Shown piece after piece: positions 38,227 through 51,170 of a stretch of DNA of 64,000 bases (the stretch's first letter is position 1; each line of letters begins with the position of its first letter). Made by a program: the position numbers and the translations under genes. The stretch covers positions 97,218,001-97,282,000 of the forward strand of contig NC_087437.1 of the NCBI RefSeq assembly GCF_036321535.1, in the 5' to 3' direction. This stretch comes from Camelus dromedarius. Its lineage: Eukaryota. A model generated the notes under the pieces. It had not been told where the DNA came from. It made no database searches and saw only the letters and a program-made list of their open reading frames with translations.

Positions 38227-40009
38227 CATGTTTTGAAAAAGTCTACTCTATTTCACATATTCACGTATTTCTTAAAGTACAAAATTTAATAAAAAAGATG
38301 TAAACAGCTACCAAAAGCACATCCCATATATCCCTCAACTATTTTCTTGGCAATTATTTATGTTAACTCCTTTATATGCCAAGTAGGGGGAAGACACAAT
38401 AGAATCTTGTAAGATGTGATTTTTCTTCATTCAGTAAAGATGCACAGCTATATTATAAATGTTTAAATCTAACTTTTACTATATTTAGATATGACACCAG
38501 AAGAAAAACAATAATGATAACAACATTAATGCTATTTTTAAAACTCATGGTCTATTATAAGCAGTGCTCCTTAATAAAGGATAGTGAATACATATCACTG
38601 TATGTTGGGACATATTATCCATTGTTGGTAAAGGATGCTCCACACAGACTGGTAGAAAAGGATTGATAATCAAATGTTGCACAAAATATAGTGAAACCTG
38701 GTTACAGCTTCCAAATAATGCCTCTTTTTCACACAATACTCATTTTGGATTAAAAAAAAAAAAGAACCCAGGTAAGAGGCTTGAGGTAGATTATTCAGGT
38801 ATTTTTTTCCTAATGGAAATTAGAGTCACTTGAATAATATAAATTGTGTAAAAAGCTTCATGCAGTCCATTTTCTTTCTTTTTTTTGTGGTTTCCTACAG
38901 ACTCTAATAACCAATTGTTTTACAACTTAAATAATGTTGAGTATGAGCATTTTCACTGTGGCAAATTCAGACACAAACCACAGGAAGTAGTGATGCAGTA
39001 CATGGAATTTTCCCCACTGAGTTAGTGTTATCTCTAATATTCTGCAATGTGTTGGACTCATATTGTTGCAAGCGTAAATTCTTTTGGAGAAAAGCAGTAA
39101 AAAATATGTATTTCTTCCCCCGCAAGTTGTCCTCAACTCCCTACCACCAATGATGATGGAAATTTGGGTATATTAAGTGCAGGAAAGAGGTTTATAAATA
39201 CTTCTTGATAGATAGGTAGACAGACAGGTAGATGAGATGATCCCTCTCCACAGCTGTTCAGAATGTTATGTGACCTTTGCAGTTTGGAATTTTAACTGGA
39301 GGTAGGTAAACTGATTATTTCATATGAGATATAATAAATGAAAAGCAAATAATATCTATGCAATTATCTTCTAAGATCAAAGGTAGTCATTTTGACTTTA
39401 TAAAGAACCTGTTTAGAGAACTAAAAATTAAAAAAATAGATTTACATGAAATTGCTTATGGCATGCATTTCTGCTTAAATTTTATGTTGAGTGCACACAA
39501 ATTTGGCTAACATTAGTATGGGTAATACTATTATTTTATTTTCTTAGAGTTTAAAATAAAATATGCTTTTCATTGCAATTTTCATTGCTTGGGTTGCAAT
39601 AAAAAATGCTGAAAAAGTAATGCTATATAAAGCAATCTTGAACTAAATTGCTCTTTATTAATAATCATTTCTCTGCTTAACAAAATTAATGTTAAATACT
39701 ATTTGAAGAGCTATTTTTATGAGATCAGATATAGTATATTTTTAGTGTAAGATTAGCTAAAAATATCTATGAAAATAAAATTTTCATAATACTTATTGTT
39801 TAAACAGTTAAAAAATAAATTTCAAGGGATTATATATGAATAAGGACATATCTAAAATTTACTATTATGCAAGTAATTTTAACAATAGCATTGTATAAGA
39901 CAAAGACTAATCTCTTATATTTCACATAAAAATTATTACTCTGTTCTCTTTCATTAGCGAATGTACAATTAACTGATTTAGATAAATCACAAAGGTAAAG
40001 CCTCATAAA

Positions 40010-40630
40010 TCATTCATTCAGTGGACAGACATTCATTGAGTGCCTAATATTTATCAGAGGTAGAGTTATGAACAAAATTGCAAGATGTCTATCCTTGGGA
40101 AACTTACATTCCAAGTGGAAAACTACAGAAAAAAAAAATAAACAGAATACAGTACTTCAGGTTGCAAGTGCTAAGAACAGTATATCAGGATAAAGAAGAC
40201 AGAGTTGGTGGGTCTGAGGAGAGGCGTGCTCCATGTTAGGTAGTTTAATCAGGGAAGGTCTCTGAAAAGGTGACCCTCGCGCAGAGTAGAGTGAAATGCA
40301 GGTAGGAGCCATGAGGATCTGGAGACATTTTCTGCTAAGAGAACAGATTCGGCAAAGGTCCTAAGAAGAGGGGAGGCCACACAGCATGGCTTTCAAAACA
40401 TAAATGAGGGTAGAGCTAGCTGCTAGAACAGATAAACAAAGGGAGAGATTGAAATGTGACCAGAGCAGAGAGTGGGGTGGGGGGAGGGTGAGAAAATCCT
40501 AAGAGGACCTAGAAGGCCATGGAAAGGGCTTGGTAATTAATTCTCAGGAAGGTGGGAAGCCATCTGAATATTTTGAGCGGAGGAGTGACTTTTTGTCTTT
40601 GGTTTTGAAAAGATCACTTTGGTTGTAATG
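40010..40630 (-). mobile_element. L2 3' region
   Basis: CATTCATTCAGTGGACAGACATTCATTGAGTGCCTA...CTTACATTCCAAGTGG...AGGGAAGGTCTCTGAAAAGGTGAC...GGCAAAGGTCCTAAG...TTTTGAGCGGAGGAGTGAC. Confidence 0.8.
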
Positions 40631-42044
40631 TATAATTAGAGATACATAATATGGAATTATATTGGTTGTTAATAACAAAGAAAAGTAAATCCAGAATTTC
40701 TCATGCTATAAATCATTATAATAGAGGGAGACAAATCTGGCTCAAAGGTTCAATTTAATAGGTAGTTTTCAAGATATTTGCAATGCATTTTATGGATCTA
40801 ATTGTAGTCAATCTTGAGGTCTCGTCATTATCATAAGCCCTAATGTCAAATATAAAAATTAGAATTTCTCATTAGGGAATTCTGATAAGTTCTTGGGTGA
40901 TCTTCCATTAGCTTCACTTTTACTTCCATTTATAGTCTTGCATGTCTTTCAAGGTCTAAATTACTATTCATCTAGCTCTCATGCAGCTATGAGTAATTTC
41001 TAACAGACAGATCCCCAGTTAGCTTCTGCATAGCAAAGAGCATGTGATGTACTAATTGAATCTCAATTAGCTTACATCATATCTTTTACAGAATTTCAAA
41101 ACATGATTGTTCCCATATCAAAGGTTCAGAGGAAGGAGGACAAATATTTTTCTTTCTGTATTGCTAAGAAAAGAAATCCAGCTACATGTATAGGACTCAC
41201 AGTTTTCATCACGTCAAAATATAAAAGAGGCCTATAAATAAACAAGGGGATAAGGTGCCCTCTTTCATGTGCTGTCTGAGAACAGCATAGAGCCCAAGAC
41301 AGGCTTCCTCCAGAGTACAGGTACAGGTGGGAGCATCGTCCGCAAGAAGCCAAACCACAGGCTCTTTCTTCCGCTCACCTGTGACTCTGTCACCTGCTTC
41401 AGTTCCAAAATAATTAGAATTGTGATTTGTTATTGGAAAATCACTCAGCTGGCTTACTTTAATCTCTCCTAGAGTCTGTTCACAAAGATAACAACAGTGA
41501 GGCATTCAGGCCAACAATAACACAGCAAATAAGTTGGGGGCAAAAATAAAAGCAAGCAAATTTGTACTAAAACAGGTAGAGACCCTGTAGAATCAGATGA
41601 ACAGCAAACTAATTGCAGCTTCCACAGGAGGTCGTGCTCCCTACTGGAATTCAAACATGACACTTCTTTTAAAAGACACTGTAAAAGGGGGAAAGTGTTC
41701 TTCGGGCCAGCGATCTAGGAAAGTGTAGAAATTCTCAGAGGAGAGATGCTATGCAGGCCTCAGAATTTTCACCATTGATTCCTCACTTTCCCTGAAGTTT
41801 TTGGCAAAGTGTATGGAAGATTCTACTTTGTATATGAACAATCAGATATTTTTCATTAATAAAATTACTTGATATAATGAAAATAATAAAACAAATAAGA
41901 AAAGTCCAGGTAGAATGTTAAAGTAATTTATGAATAATAGCTTTATAAGTCAGTCAGAAATGTGAGATGAGAGAAGATCCCATGTAATACCTACTTTTCA
42001 ATTTAGCTTATATATATATATGCACATATAATATTATAAAATAC

Positions 42045-42610
42045 CTATTATTTGACAGTCACTGTTCCAGATTTTAGGAATAAGGCTTTGAAGAAGTGCT
42101 TGCTTTCATGAAGCTTACATCTAATGAGGAGAGATAGATCATGATTGAATAATTCAATGCAAAATTTTTTCAGAAAGCAATGAATATGACAAAGTAAAAA
42201 CAGGGGAAAATAGTTGAGAGTCATCCAGTTGTATGAGGTCATACTTTAGATTCAGGAGTCAGAGGAGGTGTTTCTGAGACGTCAGTTGAACTGAAACTGA
42301 AGGACCAGAAGGAGTCCTTGGGCAGTATTGTAGGCAGAGGTCATTGCACATGCAGGTCCTCAAGGAGAGACAAACTGTGGAGCATAAAGTAGGAGGAACT
42401 GATTCAGAAAAGGTAAGCAAAGATCAAAACTGAAATTTTATTTTAGTGTGATGCAAAGATACTGGAAGGAGTTTAATCTGACAAGAGACCTGATTTGATT
42501 CATATCGTAAAAAAGTTACTCTGAGCTGTATACAACCAAGGTCAAAGTAGAAGAAGTTAGAAGGTTAGGGGCAGTGTCCAGATGAAAGGCAATGATGTCT
42601 TGGGCTAAGA
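42045..42610 (-). mobile_element. L2 3' region
   Basis: TTCATGAAGCTTACATCTAATGAGGAGA...GTCAGAGGAGGTGTTTCTGAGA...GACCTGATTTGATT. Confidence 0.65.
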
Positions 42611-45139
42611 AATTTAAATAAAGTGCCAGGAGAAAAATGCTAAATTATAATAAAGAATAAAGTATTTCAAGAACCCTTCAGCACTTTAGAATCATCCACT
42701 AACACATGTACAATTGATGTGCTAATTACAGATCATTCTGAGCCTTTGATTAATATTGGCTCCCTAAGGAGTCTTATTAAGCAAATATTTGTATCATTAA
42801 TACTAACTGATTTTCTGTTAGACATACAGGCTAGTGCTGTTCACAAGCGAATTCACCAAACTTAAGAGAAAGCTCACATAGAGAACATTATCTATCACAA
42901 TTACCTAGACATCATCATAGCCCTGGAAACTAGGAGCAGAGCACATTCACAGCATGCTGCAAAATTAGAACTACCTGTCCTTGGATTCAACTTCAATAAT
43001 ACTTAAGGACCTCAAGATAATGATGATGATGATGAAGATGCTATTACCCTTTAGGTGAGATAATAAAAGCACTGATTTAAAGTGTTAAGCATCTTAATTT
43101 TTGAATTGTTTTCTATTAGTCATGATAGATTTAGGCCAATCCATCCATCACTTACTTATAGTTTCCCTTGTGATGAATTGCAAGGAGCCATTGTATTAGG
43201 AGTTCAAGATGAGGCCAAGGAGTGGAACTATAAATTTAATGGAGACCTCATCCTAGTTCTATGTGTGTCTGTGTGTCTGTGTGTGTGTATGCACACCTGT
43301 GAGCTGGCAGGTGAGACAAAAGGGGAAGAAGCTATTACAGATTTTACTGAGTGCTACCCATTGTACTGTTTCTTCACCTATTTATAGCTGATCAGAACAA
43401 GACAATTCACACAGATTCCAAACACATCTGCCAGCCGAAGGTCAAAGATACTATTTGGCACAATTGCTATTCAAATGTCAGACGTAAACTAAAATCCAAA
43501 ACAAGGTGTCCTGCCTTATAGTTTAACCCCAAGACGGACAAGAAAGCATTGGCATACATTACAGCAACTGACAAAATAAGTATCTGTTGAAAGACTTAGA
43601 AGCAGGCCTCAGGCAAATGATGAGAAAGTTTGAGACGGTTAGAGGGGAGTTACCCCAGTTTGGTTGCCTGCTAAAATCTTCCCAATAGCAGCAGCTGAAA
43701 AGGAAGGGAAATCATAATCACTGGGTTATGCTCTTTCAAGGACTATGGATCAGACTCCCAAAATGGTGTCCGTAATTCCTTCAACCTATGATCGCTGGAT
43801 CACATCTGCTAAGTTTTAGATCTAGAATATGCTCAAAGCAATACTTTTAACACATGTATTAGTCAATTAATAGAGATTAAAGTGTAACTTTTTCCCTTTA
43901 CAAGTGATAAAACTGAAATCTTCAGAGGTTATTCATTTGCCTCACCTAAGTTAATACAACTGATCTATGATTTCTGGACCTCAGAACTTCAAGCTGATGA
44001 AACACTTTACAGTACCCTAAGTGACAAATTACCATCACGATCAGTATGATTAATAAAATAAGATGCCTGTAATATCTAGTTTATTAAGTCTTCGTATAAT
44101 GTGTTTCTTGTTGTATTAAACATATTTCATACATTTACACAGAAAAAAATACTCCAGTACTATAAAAGAGAATTAGTATATTTAAGTAAGCAGCAAAGAA
44201 TGACTTAAAATATGTTACAATGCCTACAGATAAACAGCAATAATCTAACACTAAGTTTTCTTAAAGTAGTCGGCTTTCAACCTGCACATTCTATTCTTTC
44301 TTAAATAGCACTATGAATGGCAGCCTTTTCATACAAAGACAGTTTACTTTTTGATGTTACTCATATTAGCAAATATACTTCTTTTTGTAAGTGTTTTTTA
44401 CTTCAAGATAGAATGGTGCATTTCTTATGAAGATATTAGTTTAGGGGTCAGATTTCTATTAGGTTAGGTAATAGAGGTTACGCATTTCTTATGATATTTC
44501 TGGTATGAAATCAGAGACTGAACTAGAACGTTTATGTGGTTCTTGAGTAATTATTAATTTTGTTACATTTCTCTAAATTGCCGTGATGAACAATTCTCAA
44601 AATTTTTCCATTCTAGGAAAAATACATTGTGTCCTCCTTTGTTTTATTCATACTTTATTTCCAGCTTTGAGGTATAAATGCAATGGAAATTTTATCACTT
44701 ATGGAACAGTTAGGGACAGAAATAAAGAACACTTAGGTACAGAAACAGCTAAATTGGGATAAATAGTAGACTCTGTTTTTTTCTCACCAGTGTCCCATTG
44801 AAACTGTGCTGAATATCTGTAAAGTCATTAAAGCTGGAAAAGCACACGTAGCCCCCAAGAGGCCTTCAGAAATCTACAAGAAGTCTTGCTCCAGAACTAG
44901 GCCTGAGTAATTAGATCATGCTGCATCTGCTTGCTGGTTTTGTAAGACACTCGTGTGAATTGTCAGGACTCACTTTCACTTGTTCTACCTGCAGTCTCTG
45001 AGGTTTCTTTGTCAAGAGGAATTCTAGCCCCAGCACGTATGAAAGCAATACCATGTTTCCAACACAGCAATACAGTATATGAAAAAAAAACAAGTTAGGA
45101 CTTGGTTGTATCTTTTGAGACTGTGTCATCTGCACTATG

Positions 45140-45599
45140 CAGGCATACATTGTTTATTGTGCTTTGCACATACTGTGTTCTTTATAAACTGAAGCTGTGC
45201 AGCATCCCTGCAACAAATGAGTGTACCTGTGCCATTTTTCCATCAGTATTTGTACACTTTGTGTCTCCAGGTCACATTTTGGTAATTCTTGCAATATTTC
45301 AAACTTTTTCATTATTATATTTATTATGGTGATCTATAATCAGTGATTTTTGATGCTACAACTACAACTCACAGGAGGCTCAGTAGAGGGCTGGCACTTT
45401 TTAGCAATAAAGTATTTTTAACAAGTTATTTATATATTTTTAGACATATGTTATTGCACACTTAATAGACTACAGTACAGAATCAACATAACTTTTCTTT
45501 GCACTGGGAAACCCAACATTTTGTAATCTGCTTTATTGCAATATTCACTTTATTTTGGTGGCATAGAACTGAACCCACGATATCCCTGAGGTAAGCTTA
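45140..45599 (+). mobile_element. Internally deleted Tigger1 (TcMar) DNA transposon, both ends present
   Basis: Left end CAGGCATAC...TTTATTGTGCTTTGCA...GTCACATTTTGGTAATTCTTGCAATATTTCAAACTTTTTCATTATT; right end TGCACACTTAATAGACTACAGTA...GAACTGAACCCACGATATCCCTGAGGTAAGCTTA followed by TA. Confidence 0.9.
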
Positions 45600-45950
45600 T
45601 AGTGACCTAATCAAATAGAACTGATTTTTTTTCTCAAGATAAAAAGGGTCTTAGAGGAAGCAGTTCAGACCTGTAGAGGAGCTTCACAATGTCATCATAG
45701 TGTCTTCTTTTTACTTTGATCCTCCCTCTCTATAGAGTTTGGTATTTTCCCTCATGCTCATAAGATGGTTGTTCTGTCTCCAAGCATTACATCCAAACAG
45801 TGAAAGGGAGAGGCCAAGGGAAAAAAGTAGAAAGCATATTCCAGCCAATTCTTTCTACTTTCAAAAACTTTGCAAGAAGACCCACCAGTGAGATCCCCCG
45901 ATATGCTGTTGGTCAAAATCATGTGACCATGGATCATGTGACTATGCCTA
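45600..45950 (-). mobile_element. Old MLT1 (J/K-like) LTR fragment
   Basis: TTTTTCTCAAGATAAAAAGGGTCTTAGAGGAAGCAGTTCAG...CCTCATGCTCATAAGATGGTTG...TTGGTCAAAATCATGTGACCATGG. Confidence 0.55.
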
Positions 45951-47829
45951 CTTTTTTGTTTCCCATTTTTGGAGTAACATAATAACATTTGCCTTATGTG
46001 ATTGTTATGAAACTTGAATAAGATAATAAACACAAATGCTTAGAGTAATGCTGGAATAGATTTCATGCTCAGTAAGGGGTTGCCACTGTTAATAAACTAA
46101 ACCAGAAGAGACTGAAAAATGACTACGTCTTCTAGGATTCACCTATATTTAGAGGAAATTGGAGTTCTGAAAATACTCATGTTTTTGTAATACACACTGA
46201 TATTAAATACCATTTTCTATATCATTCTCTTAAAATGTAATTTGATATTTTTAGATACTTTTATTAGTTAGGTGAGTCATTGAAAATATGTATTATCAGT
46301 AGATCCTTTTATCAAAACAAAAAGTAACCTCTATAAATATTTCCTTAAAGGTTATAAACACTCAAGAAAAAACTAAAGGTAGTCTTGAGAAATGAAAAAA
46401 GAAGGTGGTTACCAAAGAGAGTTATCAAAGGAAATATGTGAATACCAAAGAGTAGTAAATAATAGAAAAAATATCTTTCTCATGATAGAAACTCTACTTA
46501 GAACAAAATAATGCGAGCCTGAGAAACCTGAGTGTAAAGCATGCTTGGAGCATCTTATTGTGCATATCAAGAGGAAGAGGGTCATATGAACAATGAAAAG
46601 CCTCACAAGAGCACTTGAGTTTTTTATATATTTCATTTCATGCTATAAACCAAACAACCATAATATGCTTTCAGCACTTACTTGTATTTGCTATTATAGG
46701 ACTAGAATAATATGAAATAGCTCATACAAAACAACATAATAGGTGGCCGTCATTCATAGTAAGAAACATGCTTGCACAAATGAAACTCACTCCTTATTAT
46801 ATCTCAGATGAAAGTCTCTTTCAATTTTATAGCATTCTTTCTAGCTGAAAGGGCTCATTCAATATTTAAACAGCATCAACTTCCAAAATCTTGAATAATC
46901 TGCAAATGCTAAAGCTCATTGTCTGAACTTAGATAGTTGTTTTTGAGGAATTACTCATTGTAAATTCTTCTATTGACTATTTCCAGATAACAATAATTTG
47001 AATCTAAAGGAAAACTATATAACTTACTCTTTAAATTTGAATTGATGATGTTCATAATATGCTTTACTTCTAATATAATTAGGCATATAAATATACATTT
47101 ATTGTAACTTCTATGGACAAAGATAAATGAGAACATGTCCCTGCCATCTAGAAGCTTACACTCTAGTGAGTGAGTCTGAAAAACAAGTTAGTGTTGACGT
47201 AAGTATATTATAATGGAAGGATAAAATGGGCACAACTGGAATGAAGGAGAGAACAAATCTCTTGGCTTTTCACTGGATGAGAAGAGTTTCTCACAGAGTT
47301 TATTCACAGAATAAAGAGTTTCTGGTTACAGTATAGTTTAGGACCTGGGAGAATGGGAAACCAAGTAAGAAACAAATTAGCATAGAGAATAGCTGGTGTC
47401 TTTTTGGAGGTGGCGGAGGGGAAGGAAGGAAGTCTCCAGAGCTATGGTCATGTAAAATCCCAAGTAAGGGGACTCTTAGGCAGACACAGCAGATACCTAT
47501 GAGCAGGAGGAGGAATGTGGTTATGTTTCTAGCTTCTAGGGGAGATGGCCTTTTATACTATCCCACTTGGGGCTTTGACATAAGGCTCAAGTTATCTTAT
47601 AGCTACAGACAAGAAACTCTTTGCATCACAAATAATGATGTAGGTTGTTTGGAATGTTGAAAAAATAAACTACAAAGGATATTTTGTAAAATAACCCCCT
47701 AAGATATCTCAGGTGACATGATTGTTTCCTTTGCATATAAGTACATTTTAAACTTCTGTGTATTTTTTAAAATTTAGGTATAATTTAAATACAATTTTTA
47801 AAACCTAGTGTTTTAATCTATTCAAATTG

Positions 47830-50030
47830 TATCTTTAGTAATTATATTTTCTAATTATGTATTACTAGATTATACAAATAGAATTAATTTTGTTTAATGA
47901 TCTTATTTCCTGCAACCTTGGTAAATTCACTTATTAATTCAGTCGGATTTTTTTGGTAGATCCCATTGAGAATTCTTTATTCACAATCATGTCATGTATG
48001 AATAGACTGTTTTACTTTATCAAATGTTCAGTTCAATGAGTTTTGCTAATTGTATACATGTAGCCATCAAGCAGGATAAGACAGAGAAAATTTTTATCAT
48101 TCTTGAGAAGTCTATTTTGCAATCTTCCAGTCAACCCCATCTTTCCTGAGGCATTAATTATTCAGATGTCTATTACCACATATCTTTTGGTCTGTTCTTT
48201 AATTCATATAAACGAAATTGTACAGCATGTTCTCTTTGATTCCACTGTCTTTGCTTAACGTTATGTTTTTGAGATTAATCTATGTTGTTGGCATTCTCCA
48301 GGAATTAATTTCTTTTTTTTTCATTTTCTTAATGTTGTCATTAGACATAGATTTAAGTTCTTTTTATAAACTTCTATTTTCTTCTCTTTTATTGTTAGAA
48401 ATTGTTTAATCCTACCAAGAAATTTTTGCCTATCCCAAGGTTATGTACTTACATATTTTCACATTCTTCTAGAAGCTTTATGGTGCTAGCCTTTAAATTT
48501 AGATCCATGGGCAACTGAAGGTTACTCTTGGGCAAAGGGTGAGGCAGGATCTAGGTTCGCACCTCTATATGGATATCTATGTTATCTAGCACCATTTGTT
48601 AAAAAGATTTTCCTTTCTCTCACTGCATTCATGTGTGGAGCCTTGGTCAAAATTAATTAACCAGATATGTGTAGGTCTATTTCTGAACTCTCCATCTGTT
48701 GCATTGATCTATTTCTTGCTGCTGTAGCTTTATTAGAATTCTTGAAATCAGGTACTGTAAGTCTTCCAAATGTTACTCTTTTCAAAATTATTTTTCACAT
48801 AAATGTTAGAATAAGGTTACTAATTCCTTCAAAAACTTTTCCTAGGATTTTGATTGGTATTCTGTTGAATTTATAGATAAATTTATGGGGAATGTACATT
48901 CAACACTATTGACTATTCCAATCCATGACCATTTATTTAAGTCTCTTTTTCTTTCATTTTTCTCTGCCACTTTTGTTCAATTTATTTGTAAGGATTTTAG
49001 ATTTTTCAATATTGTAAATGAAACATAGAATATAATTTTAATATTTATATGAAAATAGAATATATAATGAAGCCAGATGATTTCTAATATAGTAATTAAT
49101 TTTAGATATAATCTGTATAATTTCTTACAATTTACTGAGATATATTTTATGGCTATGAATATAGTCTATCTTGGTGGATATTTTCTGTGATCTTGAAAAA
49201 AATGTGCACTCTCCAGTTGTACAATGGGGTGTTATGTAAATGACAATAATGTCAAGTTTTGTTTGTTTTTGTCTACTTGTTCTGTCTATTATGAGAGTAA
49301 TGTGTGAAAATCCCCAGCTATAATTGGAGATGGGTCTATTTCTTCCTTTATTTCTGTCAACTTTTGCTTAATGTATTTGATATTCTGTTATCAGGTACAA
49401 ATATCCTTAGAATTTGATTTGATCCTTTGAAATGCACTCTTACCTCTGGTAATAGATACTCTACTTGAATTATATCTTATTTGAAATTCATATGGCCACA
49501 ACAGTTTTCTTATACTCAGTTTTGCATGACATAGCTTTTTCATTCTTTTCCTTTCAACCTCTTCCTATATTTATAGTTAAATTTTGTTACTTATACATAG
49601 CACACAGCTGAGTCTTGCTTTGTTAACCAAACTGGCGTTTGTCTACCAATTGGTGTGTTCATTCTATTTTCATTTAGTGTAATTATTGATATGATTATAT
49701 TTAGGTCTATCATTTTATTTTTCGATTTATTCCATATATTCTTTGCTTCTGTTTCTTCTTTTCTGTTATCGTTTGGATTACTCAAGTATTTTGTGGTTTT
49801 CTATTTTGTATCATCTATTTACATTTTATATGTAATCTCTTGTGTTTTCATGGCTGTTCCAGAGAACACAAAATATAACTTTATTTTTTCAAAATATACC
49901 TTTTAAATTATTAGAATACCTTATAAAAACAGTACACTTCCATTCATCCTGTCCCATACCTTTGTGTTCTTAAGGTCTTATTTTTTACTTCTCCATATGC
50001 TACAAACCACGCAGCACTTTGAATCCCAGG
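47830..50030 (-). mobile_element. Mosaic of old LINE-1 fragments (ORF2 endonuclease start, post-RT region, RT motif, 3' UTR)
   Basis: ORF 49591..49785(-) IISIITLNENRMNTPIGRQ..WLTKQDSAVCY matches the L1 ORF2 N-terminus (ITILTLNVNGLNAPIKR..WIKSQDPSVCC). 47890-48010(-) reads SLFIHDMIV, a decayed SLFADDMIV RT motif. 48560-48930 has typical antisense ORF2 (AGCACCATTTGTTAAAAAGA, GGATTTTGATTGGTATT). All frames are disrupted. Confidence 0.85.
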
Positions 50031-50949
50031 CAAAGATATATTCTTCTCCTGTCAGGCTGCTGCTAATGTCAGGGCAAATCAGTCTAGTCTAGAGTTGTAC
50101 TCCATCTGTGCTTTGTTGCAGCTTTAGTTAGATTCCCTGCACCACCAAATATTAATTCTAAAAACCAGAATGAACCTCAGAATAATATGTTCTTCACACA
50201 AAATCCTTAAGGTCACTATAAATATTACCGCTCCCAAATTCACCTAAATGTTACCTAACGATTGCTAATAGAACCCCACAGTAGACAGTTTTCTAGGTTG
50301 GTGTGTTAGCCACCCTTTTTAGGAATTTTTATTTAACTTTTTACTTATCTAATCATCTTAGATTGCTATATAGATATTCTTGGTGAAGTAACATAATCCC
50401 AGTGACAATCTTGGGAAATTTTACTATATGTGATTTCAAGGAGTTAGTGAATATATTTGGAATATTAACAGAATGTAGGAGTTAAGAGGATGGCTTCTAC
50501 AGCCAGTCCATCCAGTTCCTATCCCAATACTTACAACTTGCCCTCAGACAACTTCCTGAACGTCTTCTAGCCTCAGTTTCCCTAGCCAAAATCAGTGATT
50601 TTAGTTAGCTATTCCACAGCATTGATTTGATAACCAAATCATATAATAATAGCAAACATTATTGAACTCTTAGCCCTTATAGGCATAAAACGTACATGTA
50701 ATTTACTTGTGTTAATTAATTTAATCTTCACAATTATCTATTGATAATGAATATAATGCACCTAACACAGTCACATTTTTAAAACTCAAATTGTTACCAC
50801 TTATAATTACTCCGGAGTATGATGGTTTACTTAAATAAGTTAGAAATCCTGTTACATTCTTAGCTTGGGAGTAGTTAAATATCATAACATCACCAGCAAA
50901 CACACTCCTTTAATGTGCTCACACACACACACACAGATCCCACAGAAAT

Positions 50950-51170
50950 CAGCGTGACACTTTCAAATGTCTAACAAAGTATCTCATTTGATCCTAACAG
51001 CCCTGTGAAATAAGGAGGTTGGATTTATGAAACATTTTTAAAATGAATAAATGGAAGTATATCATAGTTTAGTAATCTACTAAAAATCTCTCATGAAAAG
51101 TTCACGGTAGATATCAGACATGTAAACAGATATCTCTGCTGAAAGCTCTCCTTTCGCTTAATTACACCCA
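50950..51170 (-). mobile_element. MIR SINE
   Basis: TATCTCATTTGATCCTAACAGCCCTGTGAAATAAG...CATTTTTAAAATGAATAAATGGAAG. Confidence 0.55.

Noticed and set aside
49591..49785. Functional endonuclease gene
   Set aside because: It is a degenerate L1 ORF2 N-terminus ending in a stop, within a fragmented old L1.
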